Below are positions 1 to 11,120 of a stretch of 64,000 nt of DNA, piece by piece. A program made the position numbers and the translations under genes. Each line of letters starts with the position of its first letter. Within the stretch, counting starts at the first letter, position 1. Below the pieces are notes generated by a model, which was not told where the DNA came from, searched no databases, and was given only the letters and a program-made list of their open reading frames with translations. Origin of the DNA: Williopsis jadinii (lineage: Eukaryota); assembly GCA_024346625.1 (NCBI GenBank), contig AP024664.1, forward strand, positions 558,001 through 622,000, written 5' to 3'.

Positions 1-97
1 TTCTTCCCGCATGAAATGTGGCTGGTAAGTAAACAACCCGCTAGACTAAACATTCTCGGTAGCTTTAAGAAACGGTGTAATACCCTGCGACTCTGTC

Positions 98-720
98 TCA
101 TCGATCACCACCTGTGAATCCTTTGTATGGGGCTTTTACGTACTGAAGCCACTGAAGAACATAAATCAAAACAACATGCAGTGTCCTGCGGTCTAATGCG
201 TCTTTATGCAGATGGTGATTTCCCTTTCGGGAAATGTGGTGCGTCAGGCATTTGAGAAGCCGATGGGGTTTAACTAGAAAAAAAAAGAAGAGCCAACCAC
301 CAATGAAGCATTCATCTCTGTTTGAGGAATTTACTGAAGTTGTGGGTGAAGTGATGAAATAACTTGCTTGCTTTCGCCGATGGATGAAACTAGAAAGAAT
401 AATATCCATCGTACGGGTGCAATTCGTGCTAAAAAGCCCCAATTTTGTTGTTGCGTCACTGCCCTTTCTGTAATTAGCCAACCATCTTTTGGTAAATAAT
501 TCAGCAAGTGGATATGTTGTAGATTCTACGTAAAGCTTGCAAAAGTCGGAGCACAGCTTGATGTATTGAACAGAGGAAGAGTTCGTGATGTGCATTAGGT
601 ATTGGATCAACTTGTCTGTGCTCTCTCGAGCCGTTTGAGTGTTCTACACTTCCCCAGCATCCAAGGCATCTACGAAGATTTAGACTCATACGTGACCCTG
701 AATAGTACATCTGGTTTCAT
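98..720 (-). pseudogene. Degenerate coding relic, possibly a Mutator-like (MULE) transposase fragment
   Basis: Protein-like reading MKPDVLFRVTYESK (ATG 720), then a frameshift, then FVDALDAGEV*NTQTARESTDKLIQYLMHITNSSSVQYIKLCSDFCKLYVESTTYPLAELFTKRWL with an in-frame TAG at 646-644. The family resemblance is by eye only. Confidence 0.25.
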
Positions 721-1971
721 TTGTTCCTTGATGATTTGGGGATGCCTGAGTAGGCTGTGATGGGTATTGAGGATCTTTCAGATGGGACTTTAAGAAGCCA
801 GTGGCCCCAATGTTGAAGCTTTGTGCGTTGTGGCTGGCTTACAACTTAGCCCACGCCCGCGCCGCCAGCTGCAGGGCCAGAAAACTTGCGGCATAGGGTT
901 CCCGACGCTTCATAAATATCAAGCGCACTCGAGTCTCAGAATGAACAACCTGGCTGCTGTGCTACTATAATCGTGGTATTGGTAATGTAAAGGGGTTTAT
1001 CTTTTCTATTTAGTCACACTGGTGCGTTGTGTGGTGTGTCTCTATGTGTATGCCGTAGTGTCTCAAAGATTCGGCACCATCAGGTTGGGCGATGATAGAC
1101 TAAAACCTGTACAATCGAGTTTATTCTTTTTCAATTTGGATCAATTTGATGTATATATCCATCATCCCTCAGTATAGGAGGTGAATAGTTATCACTTTGC
1201 CGTGTTACTGGTCTAATTGTCGGATATGGATACGATCCTTTATGTATTTGATACTTGTCCAGGTGCATCTTCCGCTGGTGAACTACAGAAGTATGGGTTA
1301 AATAACAACGTCAAATGGTCAAATACCAGCTTGTGTTGGATACGCTGAAGCTGAAAATCGAATCTATTTCTTATCTAGCATCTGTTGAACAGATTTTGGT
1401 GTTAGTCAACGGTACTTAAGACAATCGACATCGGGTGTTATTAAGTCTGTTGCGAGGTCTTAAGGCCATACCACGCATTACCTGTAACTACAGAGCACTG
1501 GCATTGAGTTACAGTTAAACCTTCCGTATTGTTTGTTATCAGCACAACTACTCAATATGCTATTCTTGAGAGGCATTTCACTATACAACTTAGATGTGCC
1601 ATTGGCACACCATAACCCCATTAGCAAAGCAAGATGTATACATAATTATTACTTCAGAACTCCTGTATTAGCACATAGATAGAATTACTAGCGAGTAGAC
1701 TTGTTTTTCCATTATAATATACTGTAATATCGGTATATTAAAATTTTCTAACATAAAACATTATTCTATTTTCAAATGACAATATTTATCATTGAAATTT
1801 GCTTGTAATATACCCAACTAAAAAGGGGCAGAAAACTAAAATAACATAAATCAGCACTTCAATCACACCACAACCCTTGCTTATGACTCCATTCAAGACC
1901 CAACATCACCTCAATTGCACCCTCTATATAGTTAACAGGGCCCGAATCACAAACCACACAATAATCTCAGT

Positions 1972-2001
1972 GGTGTCCGGGTGTACGAGGTGTACGGATG
2001 T
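1972..2001 (+). promoter_or_regulatory. Tandem pair of Rap1-type sites upstream of TAO3
   Basis: GGTGTCCGGGTGT (1972-1984) and GGTGTACGGATGT (1989-2001) match the Rap1/telomere-core consensus, about 200 bp before the ATG. Confidence 0.6.
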
Positions 2002-2192
2002 TTATTGCTTCCAGAAACAGTTCGCGGTTTTTGTGAGGCGGCACCACCACATTGTGAGAACCACCCTCAGCTCAAAGGTATAAAGTAAACATTGGTTGCT
2101 TCTATACAAACCACAGGCCCTGGATAGCACTTCAGATCGGTATCGTTGTTAGAATTAGAACAAGGTGAAGCTGTGCTGTTAGCCTGAGCGAG

Positions 2193-5100
2193 ATGGATCC
2201 GTTATATTCAAGTGATACCGCTGGGAATGGGCCTGAGATCGATTTGGATCGAGCCATGATGCCAGAGTTGACATCATCCACATCATTGACGAACGTTGAG
2301 ACGTCAAATTCGAACATAGAGGTCATCCATTCGGCCTTGTACGACCCAGAAGTACCCACGAGCTTCCAGTATCCGCCAGTTTCGGAAACCACTGCGCAGG
2401 AGTCTGGCGGCCAGCGCCAGTTAGAAGAGCCTTTCAAAATGTCAACAAACAGTGTTCAACCCATGTCTTTCCAAAGCATTACAGTGGATCCTGATGAACC
2501 CTTGCCGCAAGGTTATGCACTGAACAACGTGGAACAGGCTCATGCTGAGGGTGGCACGAGTGTCGTGGGAGATTTCCAACAGCAGCAGCAGCAACAACAA
2601 CAACAACAACAACAGCATGAAATCCTTCAAACGAGAAGGCTGACCTCAAATAAGCTCAGTCTAGATGAGATGAGCTCATCGAGGAAAGTGCTGGCGACAG
2701 ACTCAAAGACTTCAACTGAGTATACACTCCATATCCTCTTCACACAGTTTGTGAGACATGCTGAACGGAAGTTGAATATGTGCTTGACCTATCCTCTTGA
2801 TGCTGAACCTCCTATCGTTGATTTGTTGGGTGAAGGTGTAGATCAGGATTTCGACAAAATTATTGCGTCTCTGGGTTACATCTCCAGGAATAACCCCAAA
2901 CCAGTGATTGATTCGGTGATGTTTTGGAGAAAGTCCAAGTCTGAAGTGGCATCAATGGCTGCTGAAGCTGCGGAAAAGGCCATTCAGATATTGTCAGATC
3001 ACAAAGAAGCTGCTAGTTACAGAAAGCACTCTCACAGTGCAAGCACAGCGAGCAGATTCTCACACAGAAGGAACACTTCGTCGAAAACAGCAATGCATCC
3101 TGATTCAAAATCTGCTTATCTGGAATCTCAAGCTCAAACGGCACGTGAAACAGCTGTGCAAGGTGATACAAAATCACTGATAAGTATCTACATCCTTTGC
3201 CGGGTACTCATAGAAATTGTTAAACAGGTAAATTTTGACACAATCGGTGATGATCTTGGTGATAAGTTGGAAGAGATTGTATTCTCTCAGCTGAGAAGTA
3301 CAGATCCAATATTGATTTCATCGAGTATCATCAGATCGGCAAATTGGAACCTTTTTGCAGAACTTCTTGGTTGCATGTCTGAGAAGAGATTCTTGAGTGT
3401 TAGCGATAGATTCATTGCAGATTTGGAAAAAGTCCCACCGGTAGCTCCAAAGGAGATGGAGCCTTCTATTCATCTCTTGATCCATGGAATGAGATACCTC
3501 AAGTTGAAGAATTATCCTCTTGAATATTTCGAGGAGAGTGCAGATTTCCTCCAGTCTATAGCAAAGTTCTTTACCAGATCAAAGAGTCATTCAATAAGGG
3601 TTGCCTATGCACAGGTCTTATCCAAGATCCTGTTGCCTGTTGCTGAATCTGTGACTGCGGAGGTGAATCATCCAACATGGTCCGAAGCGATGCTCACAAT
3701 TTATAAAGCCTGTGGAAGTATTGATGTGAATGATAAAAATTGGATGACAAATCTGACATTGGCAACTTCTGTTCTGTGTGTCTCTCCATCTGAATTATTC
3801 CTAAATAATTGGTATGGAATAGTTGAAAGTTGTATCAAGCAACTTAAGGGGAAGGGTGTTACTTTAGATGAGAAAGTGACTTTGTCAACTTGTATTGCAA
3901 GATTACTGTGGGTTTACATTTTTAGATGCACGGAGACTTTGAATAATACGACCAGAAAGATTGAAGCCATTATGAAGTCTATGTTCTTGGGTAAAGGAAG
4001 GCAAACATGGATGGTTACAGATGCCACTCTTATTATGGTCCTCGTCCAGATTTTCAGATCTATTGGATATGCCTCTCTGAATCCAACTGTCGAGAATTTC
4101 ATTATTCCAATGATCAAGTCAGCTTTCAACGGTCATAACTTGGAGAATGTTCAGCATGAAAAGGTCATATTAGCGGTCAAGTCTTACATTGCTATTCTTG
4201 GGGATGAGGAAAGACCTCTTTTCCCGGAGAATCCAGAGTTGATGGAGAAGCCAGATATCAATTTGAACGTCAAGACTAGTAACCATGAAGAGATATCGAG
4301 GTATGCGGAAATATTCCTGTTCCAACTTGATTCGGCAGTTGGCTATGATGAAAAGCGTACACAGAACTCACCTTCTAATTCCTTTTATTATAGTGCAAAG
4401 TCACCGTTTAGCAGCTTCCGCTTCGGTAACGATTTTTCTCTGCAGACCACTAAGAACTTGAACCTTCAAACTCTAGCTGTGGTCATTGAATCGTACCCAT
4501 GGTTGATCCATGGAGCTCCAAACAAAACGGTGGAACTATTGTGCAGAAACTCATGCCATGATGATTATCGTGTTGCTACTGCTTCGGCGACCGCTTTGAA
4601 GACTTTGGCATCGAAGGATAAACTTCATGGGTTGATAAGTACTTTTGCTAAGTTTGCCTTCAAATTTTCAGACAGACCTAATCAGTCACGCGGATATGTC
4701 ATATCAAAGGATTTATTGAGGTTGTATTTGGAAATGTTGGAGCATTGGTTGAACTCCTTCGGGAAGAAAGGCAAAGACAAAACAGAAAGTTTTGGCCCGG
4801 GTGCCAAGGTTACGGAGGAGATGCCCGTTAACGAGCTTGAATTGAAGAATACTATCACTGTTATTGAAGAAGTTGAAGGTCATGGATTGTTCTTCTTGTC
4901 ATCGCATGATTTTGAAATTAGAAGGCTGGCCCTTTCGATCTTAAAGATCGTTGAAAGCTTTGATCAGGCTCTTTATGATAAGACTCAAGTCTCAAAGCCT
5001 AAGAAAAACCATATGCGTTCTAACTCGAAGTTTGCAGCAGATGTTGGAACAAGAGTTATCTTCATTTTACAGAGCGTGGACTTTTTCAAGATCATTTCTT

Positions 5101-8100
5101 CTCAAAGACAACATTTGAGTGTTGCAGAAAGATCAAGACTTTCAAAGCTAAGTCAGAGAACTAGACGGGATGTGTTGATCAAGCTTGCAGAATCTGATTA
5201 TGGCGTTGATTCAGCTCTCTGGTTTAGAGTCTTCCCCAAATTGTTGAATACTATATTTGAGAAGTGTCCTATTACTATGGCATTGTGCCGTTCTATTGTC
5301 TGCACCCGATTGGTTCAGATGTATGAAGACATCTTCCAAATATCTGACTCCAGTAAGGCAACATTGTCGTCTGCTTCCTATCCGCCTGAAGCCCTAGTAG
5401 AACAATGGAAGCTATATTTGATTGTTGCATGTGCATCATTAACGTCAACATCGGAGCAGAGAATTCACATTCCAGATGGACCGGCCAATGGAAAGAAAAA
5501 ATCTCATCAGCTGCTTACCATTCAACAAGGTACGATCACTAGTGCCAGATCAGTGTTTCGATTGACATTGAACTTGCTGAACAGTTCTAACCAATTTGTT
5601 AGAGATGCCATCATCACAGGGTTGAGTTGTATGAATATTAACATTTTCCAGACTTTTATTGAGGCTGTGGAGCCGATATTCGCAGAATGGGAAAAAGACA
5701 TTCCATCAAAAGACGTGTCCAAGAATAGCCGTCTACGTATTGAAGTCACACATGTATTGAACCTCATTTCTCATTTCCTGGACGAAGATGCCATTATAAA
5801 GGATGATTGGATTGTGGAGAGACTTATTTCCTTCTTGAGAATAATTCTTGCCTTCTTATCCAAGCCGGATGTCCAGTTCAGCTTCGAATTCCAAAAGCTT
5901 CGTCGTTATTTTTCTGGATTGTTGGAGAATTCCTACAATGGTATTAGAAAGAGGGATGATCACGAAACATTGTTTCCATTCGAAGTGAGACTCGCAAATT
6001 TTGCTTTCCTTGAGGAATGGTGTGGATACGGGAAGTCTTCTGTTGTTGCAAAGCAGAGATACCTTCACATGTCGAAATATTCATCAAATTCTCAAGAGCT
6101 CACTGCTTTGAATTCAGCTATTGAGTTTGAGAAACAGATCTTGACACTCTCAGCACTAAATGCGATGGTCTCCCTTCTGAAAGGAAAAATTGAGGAAGTG
6201 AGGGATCAGACAGTTCTAAAGTTTGATTTACATGGCTTATTATCATGGGTTGATATCCTGCTTGATTCTTCTAATGACAGAAACTTAGCAATTGCTAAGA
6301 AAGCACTCAACAACATGTTTGCTAACAATGCGACAAATGTGGTTCTTTTGAACGAGGTCTATAAGAGGTGTATTCTCGAACACAAAATGGCTGTCATTGA
6401 GAATTATTATGTTGCTCTTGCGGATGCTTTGGTTCAATGTGAAGAGCTTCCATTGAAAAAGCATCAAGTGTTGTTGCTTATACTTTACGGTATTGGTTTC
6501 AGCGATCACGAAATCCGATGTGCGGCCCTGAGACTGATGGTGAGTGCAGAGAAGAGACTTTTTGATGCCGAATTTGTATCAACTTTCTCTGAAAGGGTTA
6601 GAAACAGGAACAAGACTATTTACAAAAGGGCCTTACTGGACATTTCAACGTACTTGTCATCCACATACCCAGAAATGAATATCAACCTTATATCGGAGCT
6701 CACCAAGTATTTCAAAGTCATCAACTTTGAATCCAGAAGAGATCTCTTAACAATTCTTTTACCATGGCTGCAGACAGTGGAGCTTCATGTGGGAGAAGAC
6801 CTTAGTGTCGATACTAAATCATTCATGGTTTTGAATAATCTTGATATTACAATCACCTTCTCTGAATCTATCCCAAATGAAATAGAGGCACTATGGATAT
6901 CCCTTGGAAATGGTGGAAACTTCAACAATTCGACGGCTATACTGAAATTCTGTATCAACACGAGTTTATCCAAAAGAAATCCATTGTTTGTGGAGTTTGC
7001 TAGCAAGGTTCTGGTCTATCTAGCTCCTTCGTTCCCCGTTCTTGTGGACCATCTTATATCGTACATTGATCATAAGTATATGGTGCCACCGCAACCTAGC
7101 AGCCCTCAAGCAACGGTGGACAGTACAGAACTGCCGTATGTCGCAGATATTTGGAGAACATTACACTACACAGGTAAGGATTCGGTATTTTCTCTAGGTC
7201 AATTGGCGTTAATCTTTCTTTCAGATCTATTGCTTGTTCCTAAAGAATCAACCACTGCTAAAATCCCGCTTCTTCTACATGCATCATTTGTTTTACTAGA
7301 TCATTATTTGCCAATTGTGCAGGAGTCTGCTAATAAGACCATTATCAATATTTTGGGCAATGTTCCATCGCATCCGAAGGTTGAAGAAACAAAGGAGATG
7401 ATTAGAAATAATCAAAAATATCTGTGGACATATGATGATTTGAACAGTGACAAAAATGGTGCTAGATCACCTAAGGATATGGACTTACTTATTCGAAATA
7501 TTCTTGAAATTTTCAGCACTACGCTTCCATCTATGCAAAAAGATTGGGGAATGGTGGCGTTACTGTGGGCTACAAACTGTGCTGTAAGACACATAGCGTG
7601 TCGTTCATTCCAAGTTTTCCGTTCTCTCTTATCATTCTTAGACCAGTCTATGTTGAAGGATATGCTTCAAAGACTGTCAAATACTATTTCTGATAGTACA
7701 CATGAGATTCAAGGATTTGCAATGCAAATTTTGATGACGTTGAATGCGATCACTTCTGAACTGGATGCTGAAAAATTGATAGACTTCCCTCAACTATTCT
7801 GGGCCACTGCTGCCTCTCTCCATACGGTGAACGAGAACGAGTATGTCGAACTTCTCTCAGTTCTCAACAAATTCTTGTCTAAAATTGATCTCGACTCCGA
7901 GGATACTGTGCAGTGTTTGGTTTCTACGTTTCCATCGAACTGGGAGGGAAAGTTTGAAGGACTTCAACAGATTGTCATGATTGGATTAAGATCATCAGTT
8001 GCATGGGATGCCTCTCTTCAACTCCTTTCGAAATTAAACAAATTGAAGGACAGCGACATCATTGCTGATGATTCGAGACTACTCTTTGCCCTGCTGACAA

Positions 8101-9536
8101 ATACACCAAGGTATTTACACTCTTTTGATGACGGCGCAATGTCGAGTGAGATTTTGGAATCTTCTGAAGTGTTGGAGTTGATGGCTACCAATAAAGGCGA
8201 GACGAACCTTGCACGTATTATCAATTCCTTTGGGAAGCATAAATTTAGAACTAAAGATGAGTTCTTAAGACAAGTTGTTAAGTTTATCTCTGATAGATAC
8301 CTCATGGATTACAGTGGTCAGATTGTGATTTTCCTGCTTGGGTTGCTATCCAACAAGATCGACTGGGTGAAGAAGGAGACTATGAGAACTCTGAAGTTGT
8401 TGTTCCCGAAGGTTGACTTGACTGCACCACATTTCCAAGGTTGTGGTGCAGATTTGATATCTCCACTCCTAAGGTTGCTTCTGACACCATATGCTGAACA
8501 GGCCCTTGAGGTGTTGGATGAGACAACATCCATTTCTGGATCAAAATTGGATAAGGATATCTTGAGAATGAGTTTGGGTAATAAGGCCATTCGCAAGGAC
8601 TATGAAAAGACTGCAACTTTGTTCGGTATTCCAGAAGAAAGCGGTTGGTCGATACCAATGCCAGCCGTAACTGCTGCAACCACTAGAAATAACGTACATG
8701 CTGTTCTGTCTACTTGTATTGCACCGGTTGAGACAGAGACCTCAACAGATGAGCACGAGCAGATCAAATTCCATATGGATGATTATTATTCGAGTGCGAC
8801 TCAAGGTGAAAAATCAGTTGCAGAGGAGAATGACGATTCCTTAAGTCATATGTGGGCTGAGTTGGATAATCTGGATTCTTTCTTTACAAAGGATGCAGAG
8901 TCTTCCTCACAGTTTTCAGGCACTACTGATAACACTGGCGGTGGTAACCATTTCCGGTCAATATCTGTTGACACGAGAGATAGTAACAACGATCAGTTGA
9001 CTCCTTATGAATCCGCACCTCAGATATATGACAAGAAAGTGTCTCTAATCTTGAACCGAAGCCTGGCGAGAACCAAATCCAATACTTCTTTCAAGACCTC
9101 GTTGGCCGATTCGTTCACCAACTTCGACAACCGTCATCTGAACTCCGTTAATACTCGTGTTTATCCACGCTCCAAGGTGACATCACCTATCGGTACATCG
9201 TCTAGAGCAACTTCGCCAACTACGCCGTTAACGGACCAAGATTTGTTCAGATTCGAAGGAATATTGGGTAAAGAGCGTTCGAAATCGCCAGCTGCAACAT
9301 TACCATTGGCCTCATCGTCATCCTCAGCGTCCTCCCCTGCACAGCGTGATCCACTCCAACCTAAGCCGAGAAAGAAGACTGGTCGTTTTACACCGCAATC
9401 TGAGTATCTGCCACACCTGTCACACTGGTCGTATTCTTCTCCAATGTCGCCTAGCCATGGACGCCAGAGCTTGAAGGAGAAGTCGTCAACTTTCAGTCTG
9501 AACAGAGATAAGAAGATGTTCCACCCAGGTCCATGA
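2193..9536 (+). CDS. TAO3: RAM-network scaffold, Furry/Mor2 family (cell morphogenesis protein Tao3/Pag1)
   Basis: 2447-aa ORF with EYTLHILFTQFVRHAERKLN, PKPVIDSVMFWRK, WATNCAVRHIACRSFQVFR and TLFGIPEESGW motifs and an N-terminal polyQ. Confidence 0.95.
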   Translation: MDPLYSSDTAGNGPEIDLDRAMMPELTSSTSLTNVETSNSNIEVIHSALYDPEVPTSFQYPPVSETTAQESGGQRQLEEPFKMSTNSVQPMSFQSITVDPDEPLPQGYALNNVEQAHAEGGTSVVGDFQQQQQQQQQQQQQHEILQTRRLTSNKLSLDEMSSSRKVLATDSKTSTEYTLHILFTQFVRHAERKLNMCLTYPLDAEPPIVDLLGEGVDQDFDKIIASLGYISRNNPKPVIDSVMFWRKSKSEVASMAAEAAEKAIQILSDHKEAASYRKHSHSASTASRFSHRRNTSSKTAMHPDSKSAYLESQAQTARETAVQGDTKSLISIYILCRVLIEIVKQVNFDTIGDDLGDKLEEIVFSQLRSTDPILISSSIIRSANWNLFAELLGCMSEKRFLSVSDRFIADLEKVPPVAPKEMEPSIHLLIHGMRYLKLKNYPLEYFEESADFLQSIAKFFTRSKSHSIRVAYAQVLSKILLPVAESVTAEVNHPTWSEAMLTIYKACGSIDVNDKNWMTNLTLATSVLCVSPSELFLNNWYGIVESCIKQLKGKGVTLDEKVTLSTCIARLLWVYIFRCTETLNNTTRKIEAIMKSMFLGKGRQTWMVTDATLIMVLVQIFRSIGYASLNPTVENFIIPMIKSAFNGHNLENVQHEKVILAVKSYIAILGDEERPLFPENPELMEKPDINLNVKTSNHEEISRYAEIFLFQLDSAVGYDEKRTQNSPSNSFYYSAKSPFSSFRFGNDFSLQTTKNLNLQTLAVVIESYPWLIHGAPNKTVELLCRNSCHDDYRVATASATALKTLASKDKLHGLISTFAKFAFKFSDRPNQSRGYVISKDLLRLYLEMLEHWLNSFGKKGKDKTESFGPGAKVTEEMPVNELELKNTITVIEEVEGHGLFFLSSHDFEIRRLALSILKIVESFDQALYDKTQVSKPKKNHMRSNSKFAADVGTRVIFILQSVDFFKIISSQRQHLSVAERSRLSKLSQRTRRDVLIKLAESDYGVDSALWFRVFPKLLNTIFEKCPITMALCRSIVCTRLVQMYEDIFQISDSSKATLSSASYPPEALVEQWKLYLIVACASLTSTSEQRIHIPDGPANGKKKSHQLLTIQQGTITSARSVFRLTLNLLNSSNQFVRDAIITGLSCMNINIFQTFIEAVEPIFAEWEKDIPSKDVSKNSRLRIEVTHVLNLISHFLDEDAIIKDDWIVERLISFLRIILAFLSKPDVQFSFEFQKLRRYFSGLLENSYNGIRKRDDHETLFPFEVRLANFAFLEEWCGYGKSSVVAKQRYLHMSKYSSNSQELTALNSAIEFEKQILTLSALNAMVSLLKGKIEEVRDQTVLKFDLHGLLSWVDILLDSSNDRNLAIAKKALNNMFANNATNVVLLNEVYKRCILEHKMAVIENYYVALADALVQCEELPLKKHQVLLLILYGIGFSDHEIRCAALRLMVSAEKRLFDAEFVSTFSERVRNRNKTIYKRALLDISTYLSSTYPEMNINLISELTKYFKVINFESRRDLLTILLPWLQTVELHVGEDLSVDTKSFMVLNNLDITITFSESIPNEIEALWISLGNGGNFNNSTAILKFCINTSLSKRNPLFVEFASKVLVYLAPSFPVLVDHLISYIDHKYMVPPQPSSPQATVDSTELPYVADIWRTLHYTGKDSVFSLGQLALIFLSDLLLVPKESTTAKIPLLLHASFVLLDHYLPIVQESANKTIINILGNVPSHPKVEETKEMIRNNQKYLWTYDDLNSDKNGARSPKDMDLLIRNILEIFSTTLPSMQKDWGMVALLWATNCAVRHIACRSFQVFRSLLSFLDQSMLKDMLQRLSNTISDSTHEIQGFAMQILMTLNAITSELDAEKLIDFPQLFWATAASLHTVNENEYVELLSVLNKFLSKIDLDSEDTVQCLVSTFPSNWEGKFEGLQQIVMIGLRSSVAWDASLQLLSKLNKLKDSDIIADDSRLLFALLTNTPRYLHSFDDGAMSSEILESSEVLELMATNKGETNLARIINSFGKHKFRTKDEFLRQVVKFISDRYLMDYSGQIVIFLLGLLSNKIDWVKKETMRTLKLLFPKVDLTAPHFQGCGADLISPLLRLLLTPYAEQALEVLDETTSISGSKLDKDILRMSLGNKAIRKDYEKTATLFGIPEESGWSIPMPAVTAATTRNNVHAVLSTCIAPVETETSTDEHEQIKFHMDDYYSSATQGEKSVAEENDDSLSHMWAELDNLDSFFTKDAESSSQFSGTTDNTGGGNHFRSISVDTRDSNNDQLTPYESAPQIYDKKVSLILNRSLARTKSNTSFKTSLADSFTNFDNRHLNSVNTRVYPRSKVTSPIGTSSRATSPTTPLTDQDLFRFEGILGKERSKSPAATLPLASSSSSASSPAQRDPLQPKPRKKTGRFTPQSEYLPHLSHWSYSSPMSPSHGRQSLKEKSSTFSLNRDKKMFHPGP
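2577..2615 (+). repeat. CAG/CAA microsatellite encoding polyQ (13 Gln) in TAO3
   Basis: caacagcagcagcagcaacaacaa... in the TAO3 frame. Confidence 0.9.
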
Positions 9537-9617
9537 ACACTCTACAGCGATCGAATATATATATATGATAATTGTCGTGGGAGGAATTCTTAAGCTATAT
9601 ACATGTTTACAAAGGCT

Positions 9618-10613
9618 TTAGCCTGAAGTTGGCAGGGCATTGACCATCTTACCAGAGTCATCGTAGGAGAACTTTCTATCCTTCTTGTTATCACGGAGCG
9701 TAGCACCGTATCTGAAGCCAACCTGTCCAACCTTAGCCTTGTGGAACTTGAAAACGTATCTATCCTTTGGTGCTGATTCCGCAACAAACACCTGCTTATC
9801 CTTCTTGTTGCTGACAGTGGCATGATGACCGGTTTCAGCCAATCTCTGCAACGTTTCCGATGCTGGCTCCAAGTCAAACACCTTTGCAGCATCAATTGGT
9901 CCAAAAGGTTCGGACTCGGCAATGGTGAGGAATCTCGATTGCAAAGTCTTCACAGGGACAGGAATCTCAGACAGGTTATCTGAGTGTCTTGGTCTCTCGA
10001 ACAATGGGAACATCTTGTACATTGTGGATGACATCTTCTTGATCTCTGGCGTTATTCTATTCTGCTTCTGCCATTTCTTTTCAATCTCTTTCAGTCTAAC
10101 AACGGCCTCCAATCTTGGGATCTTGATACCAAAGTTCACGGCAACCTCCTGGATTGGCACCTTTTGCACACACACCTTTGTGTAGATCTCCTCCTTGTCC
10201 TCGTTGGTCAGTGCCAGGTTGGTCTGACAGAACGGGTTCGAAGGGAAGGGCATCAGCTTTCTCTCCGGTCTAACAAAGGGGGTGGACTCCAGCACATTTC
10301 CCTTGATGTCCAGTGGCTTACCACTCTGCAAGTCCACCAGGGCCTGTCCATTTTCCAAATCCGGCGTGATATAGTTCGGCTGGTGGTTCTTTGGTGCACT
10401 GAAGTACTTGTTACTGGCGTATTCCCCCTTGAAGTTCTTCTTGCCCAGGAACTGCTCCATTTGGAATCTGAGGTTTGTCTTGTGGTCCTTCTTCTCGGTT
10501 CTTCCCCTGCTCTTTGTTGGGTAGAAAGGGTACGCGATTCTTCTTCTCGAGAAGTTACGCACCGGCACGTACACTGGGGACGCTGGTCCGGCTCTGGAGC
10601 AACTTGCAAGCAT
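9618..10613 (-). CDS. MRPS35: Mitochondrial small-subunit ribosomal protein mS45 (Mrps35/Bot1)
   Basis: RNFSRRRIAYPFYP, QFLGKKNFKGEY and PFPSNPF motifs. The likely start is ATG 10613 (MLASCSRAG, presequence-like), not the track start at 10757. Confidence 0.9.
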   Translation of the reverse strand: MLASCSRAGPASPVYVPVRNFSRRRIAYPFYPTKSRGRTEKKDHKTNLRFQMEQFLGKKNFKGEYASNKYFSAPKNHQPNYITPDLENGQALVDLQSGKPLDIKGNVLESTPFVRPERKLMPFPSNPFCQTNLALTNEDKEEIYTKVCVQKVPIQEVAVNFGIKIPRLEAVVRLKEIEKKWQKQNRITPEIKKMSSTMYKMFPLFERPRHSDNLSEIPVPVKTLQSRFLTIAESEPFGPIDAAKVFDLEPASETLQRLAETGHHATVSNKKDKQVFVAESAPKDRYVFKFHKAKVGQVGFRYGATLRDNKKDRKFSYDDSGKMVNALPTSG

Positions 10614-11120
10614 TTTCTTCGCCTCTTCGCCTGGTTTCACCGCTCTTGAGCCTCGTTTCCTCACCAGAGCTTCGTCGATGTTGAAGGAAAAACCTGCGAC
10701 GCACACACAAAATTTTTCGGTACGCGCACGCTGGAGGGCTCCGAAAACCGAGGGCACACGTCACGTGTACGTCTCCACCAATTCCGAGGGACAACCTCGT
10801 GATGCTGAGCTGCAAATTGGACGTGCCGTCTACATACGCACACCACTACACATCCGACACTATCCTAACACCACTAGTCACCCAATTGACCCCGTTGAGA
10901 CACACGTCAGATATGACCATCTGCGGTGCTCCCATTGGCCAACGAACACCCGCGAATATTACCGTATGAGGCAATACGCCGGAATGCGGCCCTGTTCCGG
11001 CGTAGACTGCATACGGAAGGAAAAAAATTTCGTACTGCGCCAGAGTCATAGCGAAATTTTCCAACGATGAGCTTTAAACACTTTTAGCAGACGAGGAGGA
11101 TTCCAGACAAACGTGCCGAG

